Shown here: positions 30,064-41,053 of the stretch, one piece after another
Layout: every line of letters starts with the position of its first letter
Numbering within the stretch: position 1 is the stretch's first letter
Origin: Ignavibacteriota bacterium
GTDB taxonomy: Bacteria > Bacteroidota > Ignavibacteria > Palsa-1295
Direction of reading: 5' to 3'
Length of the DNA: 64,000 nt
Assembly (NCBI GenBank): GCA_963787835.1
Contig: CAWBEI010000005.1
Span: 292,313-356,312, forward strand
Made by a program: the position numbers and the translations under genes
The notes under the pieces: generated by a model
Databases searched by the model: none
What the model saw: only the letters and a program-made list of their open reading frames with translations
Told to the model about the DNA's origin: nothing

Positions 30064-30621
30064 TCAGATCCTGAAATCGAGGCCCACCGCGAACGGTAGG
30101 TAGCCAAAGCCATATTCGGCGCGAACTGCCATCGATGGTGAAAAGAAATAACGCGCTCCGAGTTGGCCGGTGATAAAAATGCCACTGCCATAACTAGATG
30201 AAGGATTGAATCCATCGCCAAATGCCGGCCCGGAGTAACTCGAACTGACAACGACGTATCCAAGACCGAGTCCTGCAAAAAGGTCCCAATTAGGATCCGA
30301 GATTACGAAATGGTAATCGCAAATGACTCCGATAGGAATGTAGGAATACGTATAGGTATAATTTCCATAACCATCTGACCAGCTCCAGTAATCAACCCGA
30401 GCAGCGATCGCAAGCCTGCCCGGTCCGACGGTACCGGGATTGGTGATCGGTGCCTCGAACATGCCACCAAACAGTATGCCGCCACCGTAGCCAAGACCAA
30501 GCCCAAGCTCAGGTCCAATGTAGTCCGAGCCATTAGTAAACTGCGCGCAGGCGCGTGAAGGGATCAATGTTGTGAAGCCCAGCAGTGCTGCGAGCGTAAG
30601 AAGAAGTAAGTGTTTTTTCAT
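30064..30621 (-). CDS. Outer-membrane beta-barrel protein
   Basis: Signal peptide, YHF, GARYFF, terminal GLDFRI. Confidence 0.75.
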   Translation of the reverse strand: MKKHLLLLTLAALLGFTTLIPSRACAQFTNGSDYIGPELGLGLGYGGGILFGGMFEAPITNPGTVGPGRLAIAARVDYWSWSDGYGNYTYTYSYIPIGVICDYHFVISDPNWDLFAGLGLGYVVVSSSYSGPAFGDGFNPSSSYGSGIFITGQLGARYFFSPSMAVRAEYGFGYLPFAVGLDFRI

Positions 30622-30733
30622 AGAGATTTTTCTATTTATAGTTATTCCTAAAGACAAAGCCAAGTTCTTTCTGTAAAATTACGAAAATCTTTTGAGAGTT
30701 TTTGAAAATCCAGAAAATTGATGGGGCAATCAT

Positions 30734-31585
30734 CTACTCGGTAACACATATTTTCGCTAATGCACCACCCATGCGAACAAAATAAAAACCGGCAGAGAGA
30801 TGGGGAAGTGATGCGCCCGTTTGTCCTGCCGGAATGGCAAAGGTTGCTTCCCTGATCCCAAGCGGAGAGAATATTTCGAGATCTCTCGAATCATCCGAGA
30901 CATCGAACGAACATGCGATTGAGCCATTCGAAGAGTAAATGGTGAGATTGTTCGGCTGCGGCACTTCGGTAACTATTGCTGGAGGATTGGAAAATGTTGT
31001 GGGTCGGAAAATTCCGGAGAGGGTGACGGAGGAGGCGGTGAAAGTTTGATTCGAACTGCCTACATAATCTGTCTGGCTATCAACTACACTACGAGATATG
31101 GAAATATTATGCCCTTTAAAGGATGAATCGGTTACAAATATGGATGCGGAATCAAAGTAAAGCGATGAAATTGTAAAATAGTAATTATAACTTCCGAAAA
31201 AATCAGGCTGGTAATGTACAACCTGATTTTGATAAACAGTGAGATTTTTAATAGAATTCGTTCCACTATCAAATTCTATCAATAAGGTTATAGGAGGTTG
31301 AGGTGGATGACCTTGACTTTGAAGTTGGAAAAATTCAAGATCATCTGGGTTTCCGACAAAAGAAAAGCTAGAAATAGTATCGACAGTGATATTGAGATCC
31401 TCGGTCGTATCCCAAGTCGCGTTAGATGTTATCGAGTCATTATAGCGAGTAAAATCGTTCTCTATGCCAACAGCATGAATGCTAAAAGTAAACGGGACGG
31501 GCCACGGACACTTCCCACTATCCGCCGAGGAGGCGAATGCGCTTGAAGCAAAGAAGCATAAGAAAATCACCACTATTTTCTTCAT
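30734..31585 (-). CDS. Secreted hypothetical protein with T9SS-like C-terminal domain
   Basis: Signal peptide; LEIFSPLG...LSAGFYFVRM C-terminus. Confidence 0.65.
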   Translation of the reverse strand: MKKIVVIFLCFFASSAFASSADSGKCPWPVPFTFSIHAVGIENDFTRYNDSITSNATWDTTEDLNITVDTISSFSFVGNPDDLEFFQLQSQGHPPQPPITLLIEFDSGTNSIKNLTVYQNQVVHYQPDFFGSYNYYFTISSLYFDSASIFVTDSSFKGHNISISRSVVDSQTDYVGSSNQTFTASSVTLSGIFRPTTFSNPPAIVTEVPQPNNLTIYSSNGSIACSFDVSDDSRDLEIFSPLGIREATFAIPAGQTGASLPHLSAGFYFVRMGGALAKICVTE

Positions 31586-31674
31586 GCCAAACCAAACGGA
31601 GGGGGTTCGTAAGGGGTTCGCAGGGTATTGAAAAGTGACCTAAGGGGTGCGGGCCCTTCACGATTGGGAAACGC

Positions 31675-32515
31675 CCCCTCACCCGATTCCGCCTTCGGCG
31701 GAATGTCCCTCTCCCCACTTCGTGGGGAGAGGGTTGTGGGTTTGAGCGTGGAGTTGCAAAATGCTATTAATAAGTATGGGGTGCCTACAATCAGGAAAGC
31801 AAAAATCCAATCTTCTCTAATGTTCCCCTCCCCACGAAGTGGGGAGAGGGATGTTTCGACGTAGTCGAAACCGGGTGAGGGGGGTGCTTACACAGTTAAG
31901 CCACCCCGCACTCCTTCGCGATCTCACGCAGCACCGCATCCAAATCCGTCATCACCCGCTCCACAGAAAATCGGAGAAATCGGATCCCTTGCATTTCAAG
32001 TTTTGCCTGACGGGTTCCGTCATAGATCTGCGATGCGGGAAGATCGTGGATGCTTCCATCTATCTCGACAGCGAGAGAATGCTCTGGACAATAAAAATCG
32101 AGAATGAACGGTTTCATGATGTGCTGACGACGGAACTTAAGACTATGCAGCCGTCGGTTGCGAAGGTACTGCCACAGCCGCTGTTCGCTGGGTGTCGAAT
32201 CCTGACGAAGCTTTACCGCCCGGAGGTGAAGTTCGGGCGAGGCGCGGGGACGACGGCGGGGTTCGGGCATTCGCATGGGGGCAAAGATACGTGATTTTAA
32301 TTGCATGCATTGTGAAACGCCCCTCACCCGATTCCGCCTGCGGCGGAATGTCCCTCTCCCCACTGCGTGGGGAGAGGGTGTGGGGAAGGCACGAGGGTGT
32401 TATTAATGCTACTGCTCAATATCTTTGCTAAAACACACTCTCGTTTTAACATTTCCCTCTCCCCACGCAGTGGGGAGAGGGATGTTTCGACGTAGTCGAA
32501 ACCGGGTGAGGGGGG
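31675..32515. mobile_element. DUF559 endonuclease cassette flanked by two pairs of palindromic repeats
   Basis: CCCTCACCCGATTCCGCC...CCCTCTCCCCAC..GTGGGGAGAGGG at ~31675 and ~32320; inverse-type copy at ~31823 and ~32453. Confidence 0.8.
31896..32276 (-). CDS. DUF559 / Vsr-like endonuclease
   Basis: LRQDSTPSEQRLWQYLRNRR, KFRRQH, FILDFYC, VEIDGSIH, LRFS. Confidence 0.92.
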   Translation of the reverse strand: MRMPEPRRRPRASPELHLRAVKLRQDSTPSEQRLWQYLRNRRLHSLKFRRQHIMKPFILDFYCPEHSLAVEIDGSIHDLPASQIYDGTRQAKLEMQGIRFLRFSVERVMTDLDAVLREIAKECGVA

Positions 32516-32587
32516 TGTAGCAGCCTCGACCGGGTGAGAGGGCAGCCATTTTGAACATTCCCACTCCATTCTTGTTAACCCATTCTA

Positions 32588-35153
32588 ATGACTTCCAAAG
32601 AAATTCGCCAATCTTTCCTCGACTTTTTTGCGGCGCGCGGGCACGAGATCGTACCCAGCGCGCCCGTCATACCGCATGGGGATAAAACCCTCCTCTTCAC
32701 CAATGCGGGCATGAACCAGTTCAAGGATGTATTTCTCGGCGTTGGTTCACGCTCCTATACACGCGCGGCGGATACGCAGAAAGTGATCCGTGTTTCAGGT
32801 AAGCATAACGATCTGGAGGAGGTTGGTCAGGATACGTATCACCACACTTTTTTCGAGATGCTCGGGAATTGGTCGTTCGGCGATTATTACAAGAAGGAAG
32901 CCATCGCGTGGGCGTGGGAACTGCTGACAAGCGTTTGGAAGCTGGATAAATCCAGGCTGTTTGCCACCGTCTATGAAACAGATGATGAATCGTTCGAACT
33001 CTGGAACGCTGTAACCGACATCGACCCCACGCACATTCTGCGTTTTGGTGCAAAGGATAATTTCTGGGAAATGGGCGAGACCGGCCCCTGCGGTCCGTGC
33101 TCGGAAATTCATTACGACCACACGCCGGATAAGTCCGGTGGCAATCTTGTGAATGTCGGAGTTCCCGAAGTGATCGAGATATGGAACCTTGTTTTTATCC
33201 AATATAATCGCAATCCCGATGGCTCGCTCGAAGAGCTGCCGATGAAGCATGTCGATACGGGGATGGGGTTCGAACGGGCGTGTGCTGTGCTTCAGCAGAA
33301 AGCATCGAACTACGTCACTGATGTTTTCGAGCCGTATATAAAGTGGGTTTCTAAAAGGACTAACAGGACCTATGGCACAGATGAGCGCGGCGATATTGCC
33401 ACGCGCGTTATCGCCGATCATGTGAGAACCCTAACGGCGGCTATCGCTGACGGTGCAATGCCCAGCAACGATGGGCGTGGATATGTGCTTCGCCGAATCC
33501 TGCGCCGTGCTGCGAGATATGGCAGGAACCTCGGATTGCGCGAGCCTTTCCTATTCGAACTGGCCGGTGTCGTCGCTGATCAAATGGGCCACGTATTTCC
33601 TGAAATGCGTGATCGGCTCGATCTGGTCCAGAAAGTGATTCGAGCAGAAGAAGAGAGTTTCAACGTTACGCTTGATAGAGGGCTTGCGCTGTTCGAAGAG
33701 ATCGCGCAGGAAATTGAAGATTCGGAATCCCCATCTATTGCTGGCGAAGATGCTTTCAAATTATATGATACTTTTGGGTTCCCGATCGATCTGACACAAG
33801 TGCTGGCCCGGGAGCGTGGACTTTCTGTAGATATGCCGCGATTTGAAGAGCTCTTACAAGAGCAAAAGGATCGCTCACTGCGCGTTCATGCTTCAAAGAA
33901 GCAGGTTGTTTCGGCAACGATGGAGCTATCCGATGTTCAATCTGAATTTACGGGATACGAGAATTTCGAAGATACCGGTCGGGCGCTTGTAGTCGAAGGC
34001 AATACCGTCATTCTCGACAGAACTCCGTTTTATGCGGAGTCTGGCGGACAAATTTCTGATACGGGAATTCTTACGATTGACGGCAATCCGCACCGCGTGA
34101 AAGATGTGCGAAAAGTTGGCGCGGCTATTGCTCACGTTCTTGAAGAGGAAGCGATCGTAGCGAGCGAAGGCGCTGCCGCGACTGCAGCAATAGACCGCCC
34201 GCGCCGCATCGACATTATGCGGAATCATTCCGCGACGCACCTGATGCACTCTGCGCTACGCAAAGTGCTTGGGGAGCATGTTCATCAGGCTGGCTCGTTA
34301 GTCACGCCCGACCATTTGCGTTTTGATTTTAGTCATTTTCAGAAAGTTACGCCAGAAGAATTGCGCGAGATCGAAGCTATCGTTAATGAAAAAATTCGAG
34401 AGACGATCAAGCTCATTCATCATCGCAATATTCCGTTCGAAGAAGCAAAGAAGATGGGTGCGCTCATGTTCTTCGGCGATAAATATGGCGCGTTTGTGAA
34501 TGTGGTTGATTTCGGTCCGTTCTCGCGCGAGTTTTGTGGTGGAACGCACGTTGCGAATACTGCAGAGATCGGGCTATTCAAGTTCACAAGTGAATCCAGC
34601 ATTGCAAGCGGCGTACGAAGAATAGAAGCTGTCACTGGACGAGGTATCGAACAGTGGCTGATCGCTGAAGAAAAGAAATACTCCGAACTCAGCCGCGAGC
34701 ACGATGCTTTGCTTGCCGAGAATCAAAAGTTAGAGAAAGATCTGACAAAACTTCGCCTCGAAGCGCGGCGCGATGAGATGCGACAACTTGCAAAGACAGC
34801 GAAGCCCATTGAGTCCACTTCTGTCCATTTAGTCGTTTCAGAAATCAAAGCAAGGGATGCAGCCGAGCTTCAGTCGCTTGGTGAAATGCTTCGCGAAGAG
34901 ATGAAATCTGGCATTATTGCTGTGCTTGGCGCGAAACTTGCGGAGGATAAAGTATCGTTGGTAGCGATGGTATCGGATGATCTTGTGAAGGAGAAGAAAC
35001 TCAAGGCCGGTGACATCATCGGAAAGATCGCAGAGATCGTTGGCGGAAAAGGCGGCGGCGCCGCAACTTGCGCAGGCCGGCGGGAAGTATCCTGAGAAGC
35101 TTTCGGATGCGCTGAAAGCTGTAGAGGAAATTATTCGTAAAAGTTTCAGTTAG
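32588..35153 (+). CDS. alaS: Alanine--tRNA ligase (frameshift near 35060)
   Basis: LLFTNAGMNQFK, HHTFFEMLGNWSFGDY, HSATHL, EFCGGTH; after GGKGGG the expected PQLAQAGGKYPEKL...FS* continues in another frame to 35153. Confidence 0.97.
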
Positions 35154-35258
35154 TCATTGCGAGGAGTCCCGGAGGGACGACGAAGCAATCCGTTAACTGC
35201 ATGAGATTGCTTCGTCGAATCGAACTCCCTTCGGTCGTTCGATTCTCCTCGCAATGAC
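35153..35258. repeat. GTCATTGCGAG palindromic element, copy 4
   Basis: GTCATTGCGAGGAG...GACGAAGCAATC...GATTGCTTCGTC...CTCCTCGCAATGAC. Confidence 0.88.
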
Positions 35259-35285
35259 GCTAAAAAATGTTTGTCATAGATTCAA

Positions 35286-37100
35286 TTGATCAAAAAAAAA
35301 TCTATTCGTAACTTATGGCCCACGCTGGGCGCGCTTGCATCGCTCACACTTCTTGTAGTGCTTTCTATTGGCGCGAACAACTTTCTTGCGCCCGCAAAAA
35401 AGCAGATGCTGAGTGACAGCACTCACTTTGTTGACACCTCCATTCACGCGATGCAGGTGAATTTCAAGGGATGGAATGGCGATACCGCCCGTGCCCTGAG
35501 CGCACTTCGATTGCAGATCGAAGATATATTCGATAGCCGTGAGATCCAGCATGCCAACGTGAGCGCTAAGATCGTGCTCTTCGATACGAATGGTTCCTTG
35601 CATGACGTCTTTTCTTATAACCCGAATGCGAACGTACTACCGGCATCAACGGAAAAGCTGTTCACATCATCCTCAACGTTATGGGCATTAGGCTCGAAAT
35701 ATGCGTTTACCACAAAGTTGGATCTTGCTCCGGGCGCGAAGATCGTTGGAGATAAGATCGTTGGAAATGTCTATCTTCGACCCAGCGGTGATCCCACGCT
35801 GCGTTCGTCCGATCTCGATCTCATTGCGAGTGGGTTGCGATCGAGAGGTATTATGAAGATACAGGGTGATATTATCAGCGATCTGGATGGCGAGAACCCG
35901 CTCAGTCCGGAAGCAAAGGAGTATATGGCTAAACAAAGTTCTGCTGAGATCGCTGTGCATGATTCTATTGTAGGCGATAACGGAGTTATTGCCAGTGCGG
36001 ACTCCACGGCTGCGGATGATGAGGAGAACGAGGATGTGGCCGAGGCCGGCGCACTTTCGACGTTCCCAAATTTTTCTTTGGATCGAAATGTCGTAACGGT
36101 AACCGTTGTTGGTGGGCGCAGCAAGGGTGCTCCGCTAAGTGTTCGGGTGAATCCATCAATCGGCTCGATCGTGGTTGTGAATCATGGAAAATCAAGCGCG
36201 CCTGCAAGATATAGTGTGCGAAGAGTTGGCAGAGGACGCCATCGCAGAACGATTCGAAGGCTTATTCGTGGAACCATGACGCTTCGTGTTACATCTTCCG
36301 GCGGACCAATGGATCCCAGGCAGACCATTGTCATTAATGGCCAGTTTCCTGCACGCACGCAACGCACCTATGGATTTCCCATTCAGAACGTGCCACTTGC
36401 AATGGCTTCTATGATGAAATGGAGATTGCAGCAGAATGGGATAACCGTTAGCGGTCAACCGCGTGTCGAGCGAGCGCCAGTGGATACCAATGCGCGAACG
36501 CTCGCAGAGAAACAAACGAGCCTTATCGACTTACTGGCGTACATGAACAAGCACAGCGATAATTATTTAGCGGAGAGCATGTTCCGCAAGCTTTCTGCGA
36601 TCCAACAGATCGCCGCTACCGATCCGGATGAACGCGCGCGAAAACTGATGCACTCCTGGCTGCGCGTGTGTAATGTCGATGGAACTGCATGTACGTTCAT
36701 CGATGGTTCCGGACTTTCGCGCGGAGATCAGGTCAATGCGAATACCGTAATTAATTTGTTGGCCGGGATAAAAGAGCACGGCATGTTCGAACTCTTTACG
36801 CATACGCTTTCCGTTGCAGGATATGATGGAACTCTTCGAAACCGGATGAAGGGTACGCCAGCGCAATTCAATGCGCACGGGAAAACAGGAACATTAAATG
36901 GCGTGACCGCGCTCGCCGGATATGTTACCACCGGTGATGGTCAGCTTGCCGCCTACTTCATCACGATGCAGCATTTTCGCGGCGGGCCGTGGGCGTATAA
37001 GCGGGATCAGGATAAAGTTGTCGAGGCGCTGGCGAATTTCAAGTATGAGGATTACCAGGGTGCAGCAGCAACACCTGCCATCGGTGCGAAAGTAAAATAA
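35286..37100 (+). CDS. dacB: D-alanyl-D-alanine carboxypeptidase/endopeptidase (PBP4, peptidase S13)
   Basis: PASTEK (SxxK), GDPTL, HSDN (SxN), DGSGLS, GKTGTL. Confidence 0.92.
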   Translation: MIKKKSIRNLWPTLGALASLTLLVVLSIGANNFLAPAKKQMLSDSTHFVDTSIHAMQVNFKGWNGDTARALSALRLQIEDIFDSREIQHANVSAKIVLFDTNGSLHDVFSYNPNANVLPASTEKLFTSSSTLWALGSKYAFTTKLDLAPGAKIVGDKIVGNVYLRPSGDPTLRSSDLDLIASGLRSRGIMKIQGDIISDLDGENPLSPEAKEYMAKQSSAEIAVHDSIVGDNGVIASADSTAADDEENEDVAEAGALSTFPNFSLDRNVVTVTVVGGRSKGAPLSVRVNPSIGSIVVVNHGKSSAPARYSVRRVGRGRHRRTIRRLIRGTMTLRVTSSGGPMDPRQTIVINGQFPARTQRTYGFPIQNVPLAMASMMKWRLQQNGITVSGQPRVERAPVDTNARTLAEKQTSLIDLLAYMNKHSDNYLAESMFRKLSAIQQIAATDPDERARKLMHSWLRVCNVDGTACTFIDGSGLSRGDQVNANTVINLLAGIKEHGMFELFTHTLSVAGYDGTLRNRMKGTPAQFNAHGKTGTLNGVTALAGYVTTGDGQLAAYFITMQHFRGGPWAYKRDQDKVVEALANFKYEDYQGAAATPAIGAKVK

Positions 37101-37117
37101 TTATCCCGGATTTGATC

Positions 37118-37564
37118 TTACACACTGAATTGCTGCAAATGATGGTCGGTGTGCTTGTAGCCTAACTTTCCATATTGCTCGGCGGTAAGTTTACCAAAGA
37201 CGGCATGAATAGGCCATTCGGATGTTTTAGGTTTTGCTGCAACACGTTCCAGCAGATCGGCAAAGCGAGTTTTCTCTGCTTCAATATTGTAGGTGGCTTC
37301 AGAGAGGAGCGCTGGGAAGGTCTGCGCTTTTTCGCGAGGGAAAGGAATTGGCGAAAGAATAAAGAGTCGCGCGAGCGCAGCCTTGAAATTATTACCGTGA
37401 TAGGGCGCGCTGACCTTCCCGAGATACATTTGAAATGCCTCATTGATATGATGTAAGGCCTGTTCGGGTTTCATCTTGCCAAACACCCGTGGTGAGTGTA
37501 CGGTCAGCTTGCTAACTCTATCCAATAATTCTTTCCGAACGGCTGGTTCAAAGATCGTCTTCAT
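37118..37564 (-). CDS. DUF1569 / DinB-like protein
   Basis: FGKMKPEQALHH, HAVFGKLT, YKHTDHHLQQF. Confidence 0.85.
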   Translation of the reverse strand: MKTIFEPAVRKELLDRVSKLTVHSPRVFGKMKPEQALHHINEAFQMYLGKVSAPYHGNNFKAALARLFILSPIPFPREKAQTFPALLSEATYNIEAEKTRFADLLERVAAKPKTSEWPIHAVFGKLTAEQYGKLGYKHTDHHLQQFSV

Positions 37565-37636
37565 TTTATTTGTATTTTTTTAATCGTATTTTTGAAAAAA
37601 TTCAACCGATTTACACTCGATAATCGTTTCGTTTAG

Positions 37637-38899
37637 ATGAATGTCGTTAGTCCTACCCGTTCCATTATCCGAAGCCTTCTCAATGCAGCCGTTATTGTTT
37701 CTGCATTGGGGTATTTCGTAGATATCTACGATCTTGTGCTATTTTCCATCATTCGCGTTCCGAGCCTCAAATCGCTGGGGCTGTCGGGCCCTGCGTTGCT
37801 CGATACCGGTATTTATCTTCTGAACGTGCAGATGGTTGGCATGTTGATCGGCGGAATCGCATGGGGAATTCTCGGCGATAAAAAGGGAAGGCTGTCGGTT
37901 CTTTTTGGGTCGATCATTTTATACTCGCTTGCGAACATAGCGAATGGATTCGTACAATCCGTCGAGCAATATGCGATCTTCCGTTTTATTGCCGGCATAG
38001 GTCTTGCCGGTGAACTCGGGGCTGGAATAACACTCGTCTCGGAATTACTTCCCAGAGAATATCGTGGCTATGGGACTGCGCTCATCACTTCCGTCGGTGT
38101 TGCCGGCGCGACGCTGGCCTGGTTTATTTCGCAGGCCTTCGGATGGCAAATGTGTTTCTGGATCGGTGGCGCACTTGGCATTATCCTTCTTATTCTCAGG
38201 ATCGGCGTGCTGGAATCACACATGTACAAGAAGATCGCGACGAGAGCTATTCCGCGCGGGAAATTCTTCGCACTGTTCACTAACCGCGCGCGCTTCGAAA
38301 AATATCTGAGATGTATCCTGATCGGGCTGCCAACGTGGTACTTAGTCGGCATTTTAATGACATTGGCACCAGAAATATCCAAGTCGCTCGGGGTAACAGG
38401 TAATATTACTGGAGGTGAAGCGGTCTTTTGGTTCTATCTTGGACTGACAGCCGGAAATATGGGAAGCGGGATACTCAGCCAAGTCTGGCAAAGCAGGAAA
38501 AAAGTGGTGTTACTATTCCTTGTTGGGATCGCGGCGTGTGTAGCGGCGTATTTTCTCCAGCGCGATACGACCCCACAAACGTTCTACACGATCTGCACGA
38601 TCATGGGATTTGCAAGTGGATATTGGGCGCTCTTTGTGACCGTTGCTGCCGAGCAGTTCGGTACGAATCTGCGGGCAACGGTCGCAACAACAGTTCCCAA
38701 TTTCGTGCGCGGTGCACTCGTCCCGATCGCGCTTGCGTTTCAGTGGCTGAAGAGTGTGCTGTCGCGCAGCCTATCGCCGAATGAGGCGCTTCTCTATGCA
38801 GGAGGGATCATCGGCGTAATAACGATCTCTATCGCGATCTATGCCCTCATGGGGCTCAGCGAAACGTTCGGGAAGGATCTGGATTATATAGAGACGTGA
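37637..38899 (+). CDS. MFS transporter
   Basis: GDKKGR, RFIAGIGLAGELG, AEQFGTNLRAT. Confidence 0.93.
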   Translation: MNVVSPTRSIIRSLLNAAVIVSALGYFVDIYDLVLFSIIRVPSLKSLGLSGPALLDTGIYLLNVQMVGMLIGGIAWGILGDKKGRLSVLFGSIILYSLANIANGFVQSVEQYAIFRFIAGIGLAGELGAGITLVSELLPREYRGYGTALITSVGVAGATLAWFISQAFGWQMCFWIGGALGIILLILRIGVLESHMYKKIATRAIPRGKFFALFTNRARFEKYLRCILIGLPTWYLVGILMTLAPEISKSLGVTGNITGGEAVFWFYLGLTAGNMGSGILSQVWQSRKKVVLLFLVGIAACVAAYFLQRDTTPQTFYTICTIMGFASGYWALFVTVAAEQFGTNLRATVATTVPNFVRGALVPIALAFQWLKSVLSRSLSPNEALLYAGGIIGVITISIAIYALMGLSETFGKDLDYIET

Positions 38900-38954
38900 C
38901 TCAGATCCTGAAATTTAGGTAACGTCCAGCAGATAATTCTTATGAAGATACCTT

Positions 38955-39311
38955 CTAATGCACTTTTTCACCCCCCGCACCCGGAATCGGGCCGTTGGTT
39001 CGGAAGCCAAAGGGATGTTCGCCCTGGCGTTCGGTTTTGATCTCGCCGTATTGTTGCTCGAACCGGTCGATGTTCTCCTTCATGGCATTCAATAACTGCT
39101 TGAAGTGCATCGGCGTCATGATAATGCGGGCATGGACGCGCGCGCGCGGCACGCCGGGCGTTACGCGGGTGAAATCGAGGATGAACTCGGCCGGGGAGTG
39201 GGTGATGATCGCGAGATTGGAATAAATTCCCTCCGCTTCTTTTTCACCCAGCTCGACCTGGAGTTGTTGTTGGATCGGTTGCTGCGGAGTGATGGGGTCG
39301 TTGTCTGACAT
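38955..39311 (-). CDS. DUF3467 family protein
   Basis: EAEGIYSNLAIITHSPAEFILDF...RIIMTPMHFK. Confidence 0.9.
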   Translation of the reverse strand: MSDNDPITPQQPIQQQLQVELGEKEAEGIYSNLAIITHSPAEFILDFTRVTPGVPRARVHARIIMTPMHFKQLLNAMKENIDRFEQQYGEIKTERQGEHPFGFRTNGPIPGAGGEKVH

Positions 39312-39347
39312 GTAATTATATCTTGTAAATTTTGAGTATCTTTTTTG

Positions 39348-39420
39348 GTCATTTGAGAAGAACCCCGTCACTTCGACTCGGAGATTGATTCCTCGTCCCT
39401 CCGGGACTTCTCGCATTGAC
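39348..39420. repeat. Degenerate GTCATTGCGAG palindromic element, copy 5
   Basis: GTCATTTGAGAAG...GAGATTGATTCCTCG...CTTCTCGCATTGAC. Confidence 0.55.
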
Positions 39421-39482
39421 AGATCCGAAGCCTCATTGGCATTCCCAAATTCTAAATTCTTAATTTTTAACTCTTAATTGAA

Positions 39483-40970
39483 TTAGTGTCCTGTTTGTTT
39501 TAGTTGATCTGATTTTTTGTAGGCATCCTGTGCATCGGCGGAGCGGTTTGCGCGGGCATAGACTCGTGCAAGCAGATCCCAGTATTCGTGGGTGTTTGCG
39601 GCATCCGTTGATTTCAATGCTTCAAGATCGGTAACCAAAGAGATGACCTTATCTTTCTGCCCAAGAATATCATAGTTCTCGACGAGATTCATAAGTGTCG
39701 AAGCATCCGATCTGTTGATGGCACGAAGCTTTTCGAAATAGTCGGTAGATTGTTGCAGTTCACTTTTATATTCCGCTTTCTTATCCGCTTTTTGATCGGC
39801 GGCAGCTTCGTTCTTATAGGCGGCAGCTAAATTGTACAATGCGGATTCATCGTTGGGTGAAAGTGCTAACGCTTTCTGATACGCCGTGATCGCGCCTTTA
39901 TAATCATTCGATTTCATAAGCAGTGTGCCATAGGAGATATACATTTCTTTCGATGGATGGTCCGCCAGAATGCGCTCGTATTCCTGTTTTGCTTTTTCGG
40001 TGCGATCCATGCGAGTATAAATGTCGGGGATCGCCTGGGACGCAAAATCATTCGAGGGATCGATCTGCTGGAGTGTCATGAGCAACGGAATTGCCTTTTC
40101 ATACTGTGTATTCGCGGCGGATTTATCACCGGCTCGTTGTGCAGCAAGTCCTTTTTGGTAATAATCGTTGGCCACGAACTCGTAGGATTGTGTCGAAACC
40201 CGAAGGGGCTGCATCCCTTCGGCATCCGTGGTCGTGACACGCCACCCAGTGAGTTCCCACATATGAGGCGGCTTGATCTGGCGCTCGAAATACACGTATG
40301 TTTGTTTGCTGGGATAGACTTCAATGAGGGCGCTGTCCGCACCGATCGAAACAGTTTGTTTCTTTGCTGGCGTACCTCCGATGGCTCGAGTAACATCATC
40401 CGGCGTGGCATGCAGCATCAATCCCATAGTCACTCCCTGGTCGTAGGATGCGCTGACCTGATTGATCTCGCCGAGATAGTTCTCAAGTCCCTTTGCGGTA
40501 TCACCAGCCGAGTAATACACCTGGCCGAGTAGTTCGTACGTCTCCGGCTGATCGGGTTCCAGTTTTCGCGCGCTTTCGAGATAGGTGATCGCAGATTGCT
40601 GGGCTTCTTTGGAATCCGGATTGGCATTATACGCGCCAAGACCACCATTATATAGCTGGATCCACGTATTGTGCCGGAGTATCTGAAGCTCATCGCGATG
40701 CGTGGTCGAGTAGAGCATCGCGGTATCGATAATGGTGGCGATCTTTTCGTACTCTTTAAGATCGTTCAGGTTCTCGGCATAGAGGTACCAAGCTTCATCG
40801 TTTGATGGATCTTCGGTGATAGCTTTCTGAAGCATTTTATCGGCCGTGATGTAATCGCGGCGCTGGCGGTAGAGCTTAGCGCTTTGCACGTCGGCCGCGC
40901 CGCAGCCGGCGAATTCAAATGCGAACGTTGTGAGAACTGCAAGGAGGAGGGTTCGTTGAATGTTCTTCAT
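39483..40970 (-). CDS. TPR-repeat lipoprotein
   Basis: Lipobox FAGC; multiple TPR motifs (AITAYQKALALSPNDESALYNLA). Confidence 0.85.
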   Translation of the reverse strand: MKNIQRTLLLAVLTTFAFEFAGCGAADVQSAKLYRQRRDYITADKMLQKAITEDPSNDEAWYLYAENLNDLKEYEKIATIIDTAMLYSTTHRDELQILRHNTWIQLYNGGLGAYNANPDSKEAQQSAITYLESARKLEPDQPETYELLGQVYYSAGDTAKGLENYLGEINQVSASYDQGVTMGLMLHATPDDVTRAIGGTPAKKQTVSIGADSALIEVYPSKQTYVYFERQIKPPHMWELTGWRVTTTDAEGMQPLRVSTQSYEFVANDYYQKGLAAQRAGDKSAANTQYEKAIPLLMTLQQIDPSNDFASQAIPDIYTRMDRTEKAKQEYERILADHPSKEMYISYGTLLMKSNDYKGAITAYQKALALSPNDESALYNLAAAYKNEAAADQKADKKAEYKSELQQSTDYFEKLRAINRSDASTLMNLVENYDILGQKDKVISLVTDLEALKSTDAANTHEYWDLLARVYARANRSADAQDAYKKSDQLKQTGH

Positions 40971-41053
40971 TGTGATCAAGTGTGATAATCGAGTAACGTT
41001 TTGGGATAGCGTTTGCAGGCTTCGCACCGCGCGAAGCCTGCCATAACTTTAGA

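Noticed and set aside
31675-32515. CRISPR array
   Set aside because: Only four ~60-bp units in alternating orientation with a gene inside; no cas genes.
35050-35153. alaS frameshift as programmed recoding or pseudogene
   Set aside because: Essential gene; the indel lies in a GGC repeat and the normal C-terminus continues in another frame. With the other small indels in the window, a sequencing error is most likely.
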